The notes beneath the pieces are model-generated. The model ran no database searches and was not told the DNA's origin. It was given only the letters and a program-made list of their open reading frames with translations. Of a stretch of 64,000 nucleotides of DNA, positions 1 to 11,297 are shown one piece after another (the stretch's first letter is position 1; every line of letters starts with the position of its first letter). The DNA is from Convolutriloba macropyga (Eukaryota). Both the position numbers and the translations under genes were made by a program. The stretch lies in the NCBI RefSeq assembly GCF_964194025.1, contig NC_134475.1, positions 67,642,001 to 67,706,000 on the forward strand, in the 5' to 3' direction.

Positions 1-29
1 CCATAAAAAACATTGTATCTCGATGACCA

Positions 30-430
30 TCGAAGATGACCTCAAGTGACATCTGAAGTCACCATATCATTACTTAACATCACATAATCTGACCTCAATT
101 ATCCCCCAAGGCAGCCGAATTACCCCGTAAGATCACAGAAATTACACTGAGTTGACATCTCAAGGTCAACAAATTTACTAAATCCAAGGTCACCTTTAAT
201 GACCTCAGTTGACTGCAAAGTTCACCAAATTGCCCGTTGCGTATACCGAGGTTGACCTCAGTTGACACCTGAAGGTATCTAATTTCACCTATCCAGATAA
301 CTAAAGTTGATTTCAATTGACCACCACAGGTTACCAAATTGGCCTATCAAGTCACAAGGTTGACTTGAGTTGACCCCCCAAGGTCACCATATTGTCCCCT
401 AAGGATACCTAATTGACCCCAGTTACCCAT
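30..430. repeat. Degenerate ~54-bp minisatellite (about 8 units)
   Basis: GACCTCAGTTGAC-like core recurs at ~38, 91, 145, 201, 254, 309, 362 and 415, each followed by an AAGGTCACCAAATT-like segment. Confidence 0.7.
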
Positions 431-1240
431 CATTGTCATTTAGCAGGCAAACAAATCAGACAAATTGGATACAATGCTAAGAGAGAGAAAACGAAAAACA
501 CCAAACTAAACATTTTTAACGCTTTCTAATTCTCCTAAGACGTTTCCAAAATGCTCAGCTAGTTGTCGGTTTCATGAAGAGAGAATCAACAGAAAACCCA
601 GCAAATTCTGATGAAAATCTTAGATATATCGAGCAGAAATTATGCGAGTAGTCGCCCAATCAGAAAAAGCTACAGACACAACCACAGGAATTTAAAGCAT
701 TCAAGTGGCGAAACCTCATCCAATTATAATTAGAATATTACAAACTGTCAACCATATTCGATGATCGATGCGACAGGAAAAAGAAAAGTCAAGTTAGCCG
801 ATAATGGCTCTGAAAAAAATGTGTTTTTTTTCGGGATGTCGAGAAGCAATTGATAAAAAGTATTCCAAAAGCAGCCAACTCGGTCATCAGAATGATAATG
901 ACTCCTTTCCAGAAAGAACTATCTGAATAGCCAAGAGGAAGAGAATGCAGACCAGAACTTGATTTAAATGGTAAGACTAATAATAAGAATAGTTAATGAA
1001 AGGGAAGCATAACAAAACTTACCCTCAAAACGAAGGAAATGGTGTCACACGGCCGACCGTATATAAAGAACGGAGAACCCATAATTCTTTGTTTCAAAGG
1101 CCAAACAGTAAATGGATTTCAGCCTTCTTGCAGACAAGCTGACGAAAAAGCTTCTTTGCACTACAACTAGCTTGCACTACCACTTCCAGCCATCATTCAG
1201 CCAAAAGAAATCAGTCGAACGTAGAAAGGATGACATTACT

Positions 1241-1445
1241 GGCGTGATAGCCGAGAGGTGAGGTATGTGATTCACACGCCAAGGATTGAGAGTTCAATCC
1301 CCTGCCTCCGTGAAGTTGTTTGCGTAAGGATGAGCTCTTACCTAACCATAGCTTCAAGGTGACCATAACCTGACCAATGTTGGGTGCAGTAATGGAACCA
1401 CGTGAAAGTCTCAGACGCACAAAAAGTGACCATAGTCGCCGAAAA
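1241..1445 (+). mobile_element. tRNA-derived SINE (Pol III head plus unrelated body)
   Basis: A-box TAGCCGAGAGG at 1248-1258 and B-box AGTTCAATCC at 1291-1300 with tRNA-like spacing. The acceptor stem does not pair, so this is not a functional tRNA. The 3' end is approximate. Confidence 0.6.
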
Positions 1446-1819
1446 GAGCATTTATGCTCACCAAATGAACAGTCTGAGATCAGATAAAAAATTGAAAAAG
1501 GACAGCTGAGAACAGGCTACTGTTAATACTCAGCAGACTGAAAGCCTAATGCTGCTCCGCTGCGACTACGCAGAAACACATTTATATATTATTTCTAATA
1601 GCAGCTAAATTTCCCAAATTAAAACATACTTGTCGCAGAAGTTTTTTAATTTTAACAAACAAATCTAAGCCAATTGCAAACTGGAAAAACCCACGCACAT
1701 CTCTCTCATCTTCACTTAAAATCAATCTGACGGTGGTGATCAATGTTTGAAAAATGATTCAAATGACCTCGATAGTTACCCTGAAGTTGTTTGCCTCTAT
1801 CAATACCGGACAGCATAAA

Positions 1820-2060
1820 GGTCGTGATCTCGAGCACGAGTAACAAGAATTTTATTATTTTAACAATTGAATTCAAAATGGCCTTAATGGACAAATATTC
1901 AAAGGTGTTCATAGTCCGTATCAGTATGAATATTTACAGATCCGTCTAGATATAGATAAACTGATATGGGTTAATCTACACCTTAGTTGTGAACAAGTTT
2001 TTCCCCTTGCCGTATATGGCAAGTACTAGTGCAGTTTTTGGCACTTAACACATTGTTCTC
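1820..2060 (-). repeat. 3' LTR of Gypsy element
   Basis: Aligns with 6190-6430 (CGAGCACGAGTAACAAGAAT...TCCGTCTAGATATAGATAAACTGAT...GCAAGTACTAGTGCAG). Confidence 0.9.
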
Positions 2061-2698
2061 CCTACCTGAGAACATGTCATCTCTATCTATTGGGAGGGTC
2101 AGAGAGTTGGTTTCTGATCATATCTGGTGGTGGGAAGGTCGAATCTATCCCTCAAACTTATTGTTTTGTGTACACTGATAAATTTGTGGTGAGCAGAATT
2201 TCGAATCGACGATTCGGTTCAAATAAGAAGACATTATTCAATTCACTTCACCAAACATCAGGTAAGAAATTTTTTTTATATATCGAACTTATAACTCAAG
2301 TTGCAGAGTTCGCCTCTTCTCGATATATCACATTCTCCCTCCTTTTTAAGCAAGTTTGTAGGAACAGCTTCTCCAAATCTTCCTGGTTATTTTTTTAAAT
2401 TCTGCTTGAAGTTCTCGCGGCAACTGAAGGTTGTTCCCCTTTAATTACTGAGGTTTTTTCAGTAGGGTTGGGTGATGCCACGTCTATGTCGTCCCTACTG
2501 CTCTCAGACTGTGAGTCAGTAGATTCAGTTTTGATGTCATCAAGTTCCAGCCGTGCAATTTGGTTGTCACTAACAAGCACTGTCTTGTTTGAATTCTCCG
2601 GCTGAATGAACGAAGTGTTCATTCCTTAACGAGTGAAAAAAGTAGCTGGAACCGTTAGTGAACCGTTCGTCGATTTGAAGAGGACTCGTTCACAAAGA

Positions 2699-3480
2699 TC
2701 AAAATCTGAGACTGCTGGAAATCTTATTTTGCGTCCCAGTAGCAGTTCTACAGGAGTTTTGCCCCGCGGTCTTGGAAGTGTTCCGATGTTTCATCAAAGC
2801 CCGCTGTAGTAAAGCGCCATATGACACATTCAAGTTTGGACTCCAGGCTTGAATATCCCGTTTCAATGTTTGGACCGCTCGTTCAGCAATCCCATTTGCT
2901 CTTGGATGGTAGATGGGAGATTCCATCTTTTTAAACCGCAGTGATTCACACCGTTGCTTTAGGTCACTGCACACAAACTCAGGATCATAGTCTGATACTA
3001 ATATTCTTTGTATTCCAAATCTTTCAAAGATTTGACTCAAGTGCAGCTTCACGGTTTGTGAGGTTCTATTTCCCGCCTGGAACGCTTCGATCTAAATTGA
3101 ACCCGCGTCTACTATCACTAAGATAATACCTTGATCCTTAACGCAGCCCCAGTCCTTGTGGGGTCTTTCCCAAATCTCAGCTTTCGGCCAAGTATACTGT
3201 TTTCCGCAGGCTAGGCCTGTTTTCTTGGCATTTCTTACCTTTACTAACATATCGGAGAACATCTTGACTGATGCTGGGCCACCAAGCCCTCATTCGAACT
3301 GCTGCTTCAATTGCATTTTTGCCTGGGCGAGTCTCATTAGTTTTGACCATCACAAAGGGCCTTAATTTGAATGGAATGAAAGGAACAACTCCTCGAAAGA
3401 TGATTCCATTGTGAACTGTCAAGGCGTCTTTCTGTGGTTCAAATCCTTTCTCTGCTTCTGAGCACTGTTTCCAGATGCCG
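2699..3480 (-). pseudogene. Gypsy integrase (frameshifted)
   Basis: Zn-binding region (RAWWPSISQDV...KKCQ) and core LVSDYDPEF...YHPRANGIAERAVQTLK. Confidence 0.88.
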
Positions 3481-3639
3481 CTTTTTATTCGTTTGATGAC
3501 ATCTTGAAAAGGTCGATTCGATCCCAGCTCAATTTGATGTCTGACTGGGTCACCAGGTCGGATTGGACGAAGTAGATATTGTCGAGAGCAAAGTAGACTC
3601 GATCATTGTCATCGTCGTCGTCAAAGTCTGGTCTGCTCA

Positions 3640-4960
3640 AAGTATCAGCGTGGGGGATCTAGTCTCTGGATGTATATTTCAACTCGAAGTCAAATCCCAT
3701 CAGCGCTACCGCCCATCTCGTAATTATTGCTGATGCTATTTTCGGAATTTTTTCGTCTGGGGCGAAGAGATATCTGAGAGGTTTGTGGTCAATCCGTAGA
3801 GAGAACTTTCTTCCAAGTAGGAATTGTTTCAGACTTGTGGCCACAAAGAGGATTGCAAATGCCTCTCGCACAATATTGGAGTAATTTTGTTCGGCTTGTG
3901 ACAACTTCTTCGAGACGTAGATCTAAGGATGTTCTTCTTGTGAGAGTACTCCGCCTCTAGCTTTCTCTGAGGCGTCTGTTGTCGCGGTTGTTTCCTTCGT
4001 CAAGCTGTAAGGCTGTAAAAGAGGGTTAGCACATAACTCGTTTTTGATGTTTTCAAAAAGCATTTTGCTCTTCTTTTTCACATCTGAATTCTTCTTTTCG
4101 AATTTCGTTTAGGGGTGGCATTTTTGTTGCGAAATTCGGTATCATTCGACTTCAAGAATTTGCTAAGCCGACAAAGGACTCGAGTTGTTTCATATTTGAT
4201 GGGGGTTTTGCATTTTTGGTTAAATCAACATAATTAGGATCGGGTGCTATTCCTTCTTTGGAAACAGAGTAACCAAGAAAACTTACGATTGAAACTGGTT
4301 TTGAGTCGGATTTCTTTTCATTGATGGTGAAATTTGTTCACGTAGCCGACTCTTGACTGCAAGCATTCGTTTCTCGTATTGATCCTTTGTTGTTCCATAT
4401 ATCAGGACGTCGTCTTGGAAGAAGACCACATCCTTGATTCTTTTGAGAGTTGACTCAATGCAATTCTGGAAGACTGATGAAAAGTTCATTAGGCCCTGAG
4501 AAAACCTGCACATCTTGAACAATCCTTGGGATGAGTTGATTGTGCATATTTCTTTTGCATCCTCGTCCAGCTCAATTTGATAGTATGCGTCTGATAAGTC
4601 AATTTTTCCAAAGTAAGAGGCCACATGGAGATTATGGAAAATGGTCTCCATGTCTGGGATTGGATAGTCCTCGGCCGTAACTTTGCCATTGATGTGAAGG
4701 TTTAGGTCCACGCATAGTCTCAGAGCTCTATTTTTCATCGGCTGCCACACTACTTGTGATGCATTTGTGACCCCACCAAGTTGTATTGGCTCCAGCATGC
4801 CCTGTCGTACCATTGTCTCAAGCTTCTCTTTGACCCTGTCTTGGAGAGGTTGAGGTATCTTTCTGGCTTTGCACAACATTGACTGTGATCCCGGTATTAC
4901 TTTCATATGCGCTTTGTATCTTTTGACTGCAGGTAGTCTTTCATCACTCACTGCATTGAT
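3640..4960 (-). pseudogene. Gypsy reverse transcriptase / RNase H (frameshifted)
   Basis: LRLCVDL, KIDLSDAYYQIELD, FQDDVLIYG (YxDD-like); RNase H TTDASE, AEQNYSNIVREAFAI, IDHKPL. Confidence 0.92.
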
Positions 4961-4983
4961 GCCTTCTTGGAGTAGTATGTCTC

Positions 4984-5322
4984 TTAAAAGTAACCAAAAG
5001 TTTTGTCGGATTGCACAACTGGTAGTTGTTGTTGCCTATACTTGCTTCCGTTCCACTCAACATCACATGTTAGTGATCCGAGAAGCGTCAGTTGATGACC
5101 GTCATAGGCCTCAAGACGTCTGACTTTCCCATTTAACTGAGGTTTACCAAGCTCAGTCCAGATTAATGATGATATCACGGTGTTATCAGCACTGGTATCA
5201 ACTTCTATTTTTATTTTACGGTCTTTTACTGTAATGTACTCCCATGTCACCGACATGTTAAACACGTTTTCCCGTGTATAGTACATTCCCAGCTCCATTT
5301 TGGACGATGTTTGATCAGACAA
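4984..5322 (-). pseudogene. Gypsy aspartic protease
   Basis: IEVDTSADNTVIS (DTG-like motif) and LEAYDG. Confidence 0.8.
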
Positions 5323-5382
5323 CTCACCTTCTTCCTCTCAGAAGTTGTTGTGCTGGTCGGACTTACCTGACTTAGGCTGAGT

Positions 5383-6189
5383 TTAACTTCTGCACATTTT
5401 TGAAAAATGTCCCACCTTTACACAGGTGTTACATTTCTTGTTCATGGCCGGACACGGCTTGCTACTGGGTGGTTTACCTCTGCATCTAATACACAAGTTA
5501 CCATTGCCTCTATTACCACTGAACTTCTCACTAGAATTTCTGAAGGTCTTTCTTAAGTTGTATCCCACTTCTTCTTTTATTACCAATGGTCTATTACCTG
5601 TTGAGGAACTCGCAAAAGCCATTGCTTGACTTCTGAACTGTAAGTTTTCAGTCATTTCAGACGGATACATCGTTGGCTTAGTTTTAATGCCTTCTAATAG
5701 TCCTAATTTGGCCTCAGGGTCTCTCAAACCTGAGATAAATTTAATTTTTACCAACTCTTCCTCGGGGTTGGTTACTGTTTTAAGATTTTCGAAGTCAAAA
5801 TTACGTGCTTCTTTTCTGAGGCGCGCTAGAAAATCGTCGTCAGATTCTCTGACACCTTGGACAACGGACAGAATTTTAGCCCTTTCTGCCGTTTCTACTC
5901 TCTCGTTAGAGGAAATATAGTTTTGAATAGCTTGTCTGAACGCTTAAAAAGGAGTGTCTAACAATTTTTTAAGGCTCCTAAGGCTCCTAAGGTTAAGAAG
6001 TGCGTCCTGGCCACATATACTAAGAAAGACATTTGTTACCTGTAGGTCTACGATTGTACTGTTGATGTGGATTTTATCTTCTTTCTTCTCTGCGCGACAT
6101 TTCGCCAAAAAAGACAAAATCCAAGCCGTACAGGACTCAGCATTCAGCAGATCCAAAGTTTGTCGGTCGTTTGTTGGTCTGGACACCAT
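5383..6189 (-). pseudogene. Gypsy Gag (frameshifted) with two zinc knuckles
   Basis: CIRCRG...KPC and CNTCVKVGHFSKMC (CCHC). The ATG at 6189 overlaps the PBS. Confidence 0.85.
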
Positions 6190-6441
6190 TGTTGTGGTCT
6201 CGAGCACGAGTAACAAGAATTTCATTACTTTAACAGTTGAATTCAAAATGGCCTAAATGTACAAAATTTCACAGGTATTTATAGTCCGTATCAGTATAAA
6301 AATTTACAGATCCGTCTAGATATAGATAAACTGATACGGGTTATTTTACACCTTCGTTGTGAACAAGTTTTTCCCCGTTGCCGTACATGGCAAGTACTAG
6401 TGCAGTTTTTTTGCACCTAACACATTGTTCTCTCTGTCACA
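6190..6441 (-). repeat. 5' LTR of Gypsy element
   Basis: TGTTGTGG...TGTCACA ends; paired with 1820-2060. Confidence 0.88.
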
Positions 6442-7151
6442 AGAAACGTTTCACAATATTTTTTCAGAAAAATCAAAAACTTATCATAACACTTCCCAAG
6501 GCAACATAAAATTTACTTCAACCAAATAGCAAAAAGCAGCACTTCTTATTAATCGCTCATTCATCCGCAATTTTTCGATTACCAGAAAACTCAGTTTCTT
6601 TGAAATAATCGCAGCTCAATAGAAATTTTGATCGCACAATCAAACAATTTGATGGAGGTTCTGTAAAGTAGAATAAATGCTCAATTATCCTCTTCTCTGA
6701 AATCCGTGAACCTTGTGACACCACATCAATAGAAAAAATTGTTGTCTGCAAACGACTTGCGGGTCCGAAAGAGGAGCTTTATTGGGACACCTTTGTAACA
6801 ACTGATTCTACCGTGAACAATTATCTCAAAATGCAGTAATTTTCTGAAATCAAGAAATTACTCAAACACACATCAAGCATCAAGCAAAACTGGGGCAACA
6901 ACAGACAAAGGACCGGGCAATTCATTAAGCCAGATAAATTGATTCAACAAAGAAAAAAGCAGCTAGTTCTGTCAACCTAAAACCAAACTGTTGAAGCCAC
7001 TTTGCATGTTCAACAAACTTTTATACGCCAATCACAAACTGGAAAATGAAATGAACAATCAGTTGTCTCATCTTCACGTAAAATCACTTTGATTGTCTTC
7101 CTCATCGTTTGCAAAATGGCTAAAGCAATCTCGATAGTGGCCATGAAAACA

Positions 7152-9466
7152 TGAGCTTACATCCATACCCGCCATCAATGACGGAGCTTCCATCCATACC
7201 CGCCATCAATAACGGAGCTTCCATCCATAACCGCCATCAATAGCGGAGCTTTCATCCATATCCGCCATCAGTAACGGAGCTTCCCATCCATATGCGCCAT
7301 CAAAAACGGAGCTTCCATCCATATCCGCCACAAATAACGGAGCTTCCATCCATATCCGCCATCAATAACTGAACTTCCATCCACATCCACCATCAATAAC
7401 GGAGCTTCCATCCATATCCGTCATCAATAACAGAGCTTCCATCCATATCCGCCACAAATAACGGAGCTTCCATCCATATCCATCATCAATAACGGAACTT
7501 CCATCCATTTCCGCCATCAATAACGAAGCTTCCATCCATATCCGCCTCAAATAACGGAGCTTCCATCCATATCCGCCATCAATAACAGAACTTCCAACCA
7601 AATCCGCCATCAATAACAGAGCTTCCATCCATATCCGCCACAAACAACGGAGCTTCCATCCATATCCGCCATCAATAATGGAACTTTCATCCATATCCGC
7701 CATCAAAAACGGAGCTTTCATCCATATCCGCCTCAAATAACGAAGCTTCCATCCATACCTGCCATCAATAACCAAATTTCCATCCATATCCGCCTTCAAT
7801 AACGGAGCTTTTATCCATATCCGCCATCAATAACGGAGCTTCCGTACATACCTGCCGTCAATAGCGGAGCTTCCATCAATATCCATCATCAGTAACGGAA
7901 TTTGCATCCATATCCGCCACAAATAACGGAGCTTGCATCCATATCCGCCATCAATAACGGAACTTCAATCCGTATCCGCCATCAATAACAGAGCTTCAAT
8001 CCATATCCGCCACAAATAACGGAGCTTCCATCCATAACTGCCATCAATAACGGAACTTCCATCCATATCCGCCATCAATAACGGAGCTTCCATCCATACC
8101 TGCCATCAATAGCGGAGCTTCCATCAATATTCACCATCAGTAACGGAGCTTCAATCCATATCCGCCACAAAAAACGGAGCTTACATCTACATCCGCCATC
8201 AACAACGGAGCTTCCGTCCATACCCGCCATCAATAGCGGAGCTTTCATCCATATCCTTCATCAATAATGGAGCTTCGATCCATATCCGCCACAAATAACG
8301 GAGCTTCCATCCAAATCCGCCATCAATAACGGAGCTTCCATCCGTATCCGCCACAAATAACGGAGCTTCCATCTATATCCGCCATCAATAACGGAACTTC
8401 AATCCATAGCCGCAATCAATAACGGAGCTTCCTTCCATATCCCCCAATAATAACAGAGCTTCCATCCATATCCGCAATCAATAACGGGGCTTCCATCCAT
8501 ATCCGCCACAAATAACGGACTTTCCTTCCATATCCGCCATCAATAACGGAACTTCAATCCATATCCGCCATCAATAACGGAGCTTTTATCCATATCCGCC
8601 ATCAATAACGGAACTTCCGTCCATACCTGCTTTCAATAGCGGAGCTGCCATCATTATCCACCATCAGAAACGCAGCTTCGTCCATATCCATCATCATTAA
8701 TGGAGCTTCCATCCATATCCACCACAGAAAACGGAGCTTACATCTACATCCGCCATCAACAACGGAGCTTCCGTCCATACCCGCCATCAATAGCAGAGCT
8801 TTCATCCATATCCTTCGTCAAAAATGGAGCTTCCATCCATATCCGCCATCAATAACGGAGCTTCCATCCATATCCGCCACAAATAACGGAGCTTCCATCT
8901 ATATCCGCCATCAATAACGGAACTTCAATCCATAGCCGCAATCAATAACGGAGCTTCCTTCCATATCCCCCATTAATAACAGAGCTTCCATCCATATCCG
9001 CAATCAATAACGGAGCTTCCATCCATATCCGCCACAAATAACGGAGCTTCCTTCCATATCCGCCATCAATAACGGAACTTCAATCCATATCCGCCATCAA
9101 TAACGGAGCTTTTATCCATATCCGCCATCAATAACGGAACTTCCATCCATACCTGCCTTCAATAGCGGAGCTGCCATCAATATCCACCATCATTAATGGA
9201 GCTTCCATCCATATCCACCACAGAAAACGGAGCTTACATCCATATCCGCCATCAACAACGGAGCTTCCGTCCATACCTGCCATCAGTAACGGAGCTTCCG
9301 TCCATATCCACCATCAATAATGGAGCTTCCATCTATATCCGCCACAAATATATCCGCCATCAACAACCGAGGTTCCGTCCATACCTGCCATCAGTAACGG
9401 AGCTTCCATCCATATCCACCATCAATAACGGAGCTTCCATCCATACCTGCCATCAATAACGGAGCA
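7152..9466. repeat. 31-bp minisatellite, ~75 units, consensus CCATCCATATCCGCCATCAATAACGGAGCTT
   Basis: Direct 31-bp periodicity with no unique spacers. Diagnostic variants recur ~526 bp apart (e.g. CATAGCCGCAATC at 8405 and 8931). Confidence 0.97.
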
Positions 9467-9639
9467 AAAAAATTAACCCTTCAATTGACTATCTCCTCAA
9501 ATCACTTTTTAAGGCCTTGTACTTGAACGTAAAACAGCAGGTCCTATTAATCACTCTTTCGACTGCAATATTTCAATGGCCATCAAACCCAAATTTTCTT
9601 CCCGGCTCGAAGTTTTTGGATAAATTTTTGTGAGAAATG

Positions 9640-9900
9640 TAATGAATGCTGTAAAATTTGTAAAGAAATGCGACTATTGCAAGATAAATAATTTACCGCA
9701 TTTCACCGTACAAAAATTCATCACATAACTCACCGCTTTTTTTACAAATATTCACCGCATCAATTTTTGTGGCAAAACAATGTAAGAAATGCTGTAAAAG
9801 CTGTGAATGCGATGAAAAAAATAATTCACCTCATTTCATCGCATTTCTTACAAAAATTCACCGCGAAATTCAAGGCATTTTATACAAAAATTCACCGCAT
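9640..9900. repeat. Degenerate TTCACCGCATTT / AAATGCTGTAAA repeat in both orientations (MITE-like)
   Basis: Repeated ATTCACCGCAT...ACAAAAA units alternate with reverse-complement-like AATGCTGTAAAA units. Confidence 0.45.
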
Positions 9901-10499
9901 ATGATTTCCAAAGTTTACTCAATATGATATAACTTCACACGAAATTGCAGTGGAAGTAATTTCACACGAAATTGCAGTGCTTGTATCCATGAAACATATG
10001 ACACAAATAATTAATGGAAGGAACAATTATCTGCACACCACTTAGTTTGCGGAAGAGGAGCTTTATTGCCACACTTTTGTAACTACTGGTTCTAGCAGGA
10101 CGCTTATCTGAAAAAAAATTGCTTTTTGGAAATCAAAATTTTTCTCGTCCAACTACAGGCTCAAATGGTGCAACAACCACAAGGAAGCACACACTCAACT
10201 TTTATAAATATTGCTTCATTTGTGTAAAATTTTGGGCAGAACTAATAAATACAATTTTTACGCAGAGTCGCTTCCTATCTAATTAGTCCACCTAGCATGA
10301 AGTTAACTACTATCGTTAGTGGAAACAAAATGAACTTAACAGCTAATCGGAATTGGAAGTTGAAGACAGAAAGATTTTATGACTTGTACTGATTTGGCTC
10401 CACAGCTTATTGGGCAGAAAGTTTTGGTGCCCAACAAGCGCACCCTATTTCTGCACATAGTAACGCGCAGTCAAAGCAGAACGTAGCGGGACTTCAGTG

Positions 10500-11056
10500 T
10501 GTCAAACGAGCTCTTCTCTCGAACCTGTGTTCCGCAATACGTACCCCAGATGTCTTTGCCACGATTATTAGTGAAGCCTAGTGTCTTATCATCTCGCGTC
10601 AACTCACCCATGTAAGAACCAACCACGAAGACGACAACTCACTTACCCCAAACCATTTCTTGCTCGGAACGCTCTTCTGCAATGTTCCTGGAGCCGTTTT
10701 CAACGAGACACTTACCTTGAAGAGTTCGCCATGGACACATGTGAAGCTGAGACTTCAGCAGATTTGGAAGAGGCTGCTAACCGATTATTTTGCTTCGCTG
10801 AACAAACGACAGAAGTGGACGTCTCGTGAAGCAGCTTTGGATGTAGATGATGTTGTTGGGCTCCTTGAGGAGTTTACACCAAGAGGATCCTGGCCTCTGA
10901 GTTGATTCACACGGATTCCTCGGCCCCGCCAACATAGCTATATCATGCGAACAAGACCACTTTAGGCAAACTAATTAGACCAGCAGTAAAACTTCTGCAT
11001 ATCTACCCCAAACCCACAGTCAGGTCAGGGTTAGGTTTTTTTGTCCCGGAGGATGC
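10500..11056 (+). pseudogene. BEL/Pao integrase C-terminal (DUF5641-like) fragment
   Basis: NHFLLG...IWKRLLTDYFASLNKRQKW...DVVGLLEEFTPRGSWPL, homologous by eye to the C-terminus of the 44676-47534 ORF. A PPT-like CCGGAGGA follows. Confidence 0.85.
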
Positions 11057-11194
11057 CAATGCTAGAGATTAACTTTTTATGTTCCTTGAGTTTTACCGCC
11101 TTTTGTAAGTTGATTTGTTTCCAAAAGTTGTAACGAGAAAACTCATGATGATGAAATTATGTAAAATCGGAAATGATACTCTTGCTCAATGAAT

Positions 11195-11292
11195 ATTATC
11201 ACACGGCTGTTACCGCCACCGAGGAGTTATCAAACTCCAAGGCGAAGCCGAGGTGTTACGATAACTCCGAGGGCGATAAAAACCGTTTGAAA
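11195..11292. repeat. Long imperfect palindrome with GGCGAAGCC central hairpin
   Basis: TTATCACACGG..TTACCGCC..GGAGTTATC / GATAACTCC..GGCGATAAAAACCGTTTGAAA arms around AAGGCGAAGCCGAGG. Confidence 0.6.
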
Positions 11293-11297
11293 ATTTT

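Larger units (their letters stand above)
1820..6441 (-). mobile_element. Full-length degenerate Ty3/Gypsy LTR retrotransposon (Mag-like)
   Basis: Direct LTRs at ~1820-2060 and 6190-6441 (~90% identical by eye). PBS-like TGGTGTCCAGACC lies just inside the 5' LTR. Domain order is gag-PR-RT-RNaseH-IN. Possible 5-bp TSD ATAAA/AGAAA with one mismatch. Confidence 0.93.

Noticed and set aside
470-1200. Possible decayed LINE ORF1-like purine-rich sequence
   Set aside because: No diagnostic motif recoverable by eye.
1241-1312. Functional tRNA-Val gene
   Set aside because: The acceptor stem does not pair, there is no poly-T terminator right after it, and it continues into a SINE-like body.
7152-9466. 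CRISPR-like array, or repetitive protein (ORFs 7362-7799, 8602-8805, 9196-9459)
   Set aside because: Units are head-to-tail with no unique spacers and no cas genes. The ORFs are by-products of a 31-bp period.
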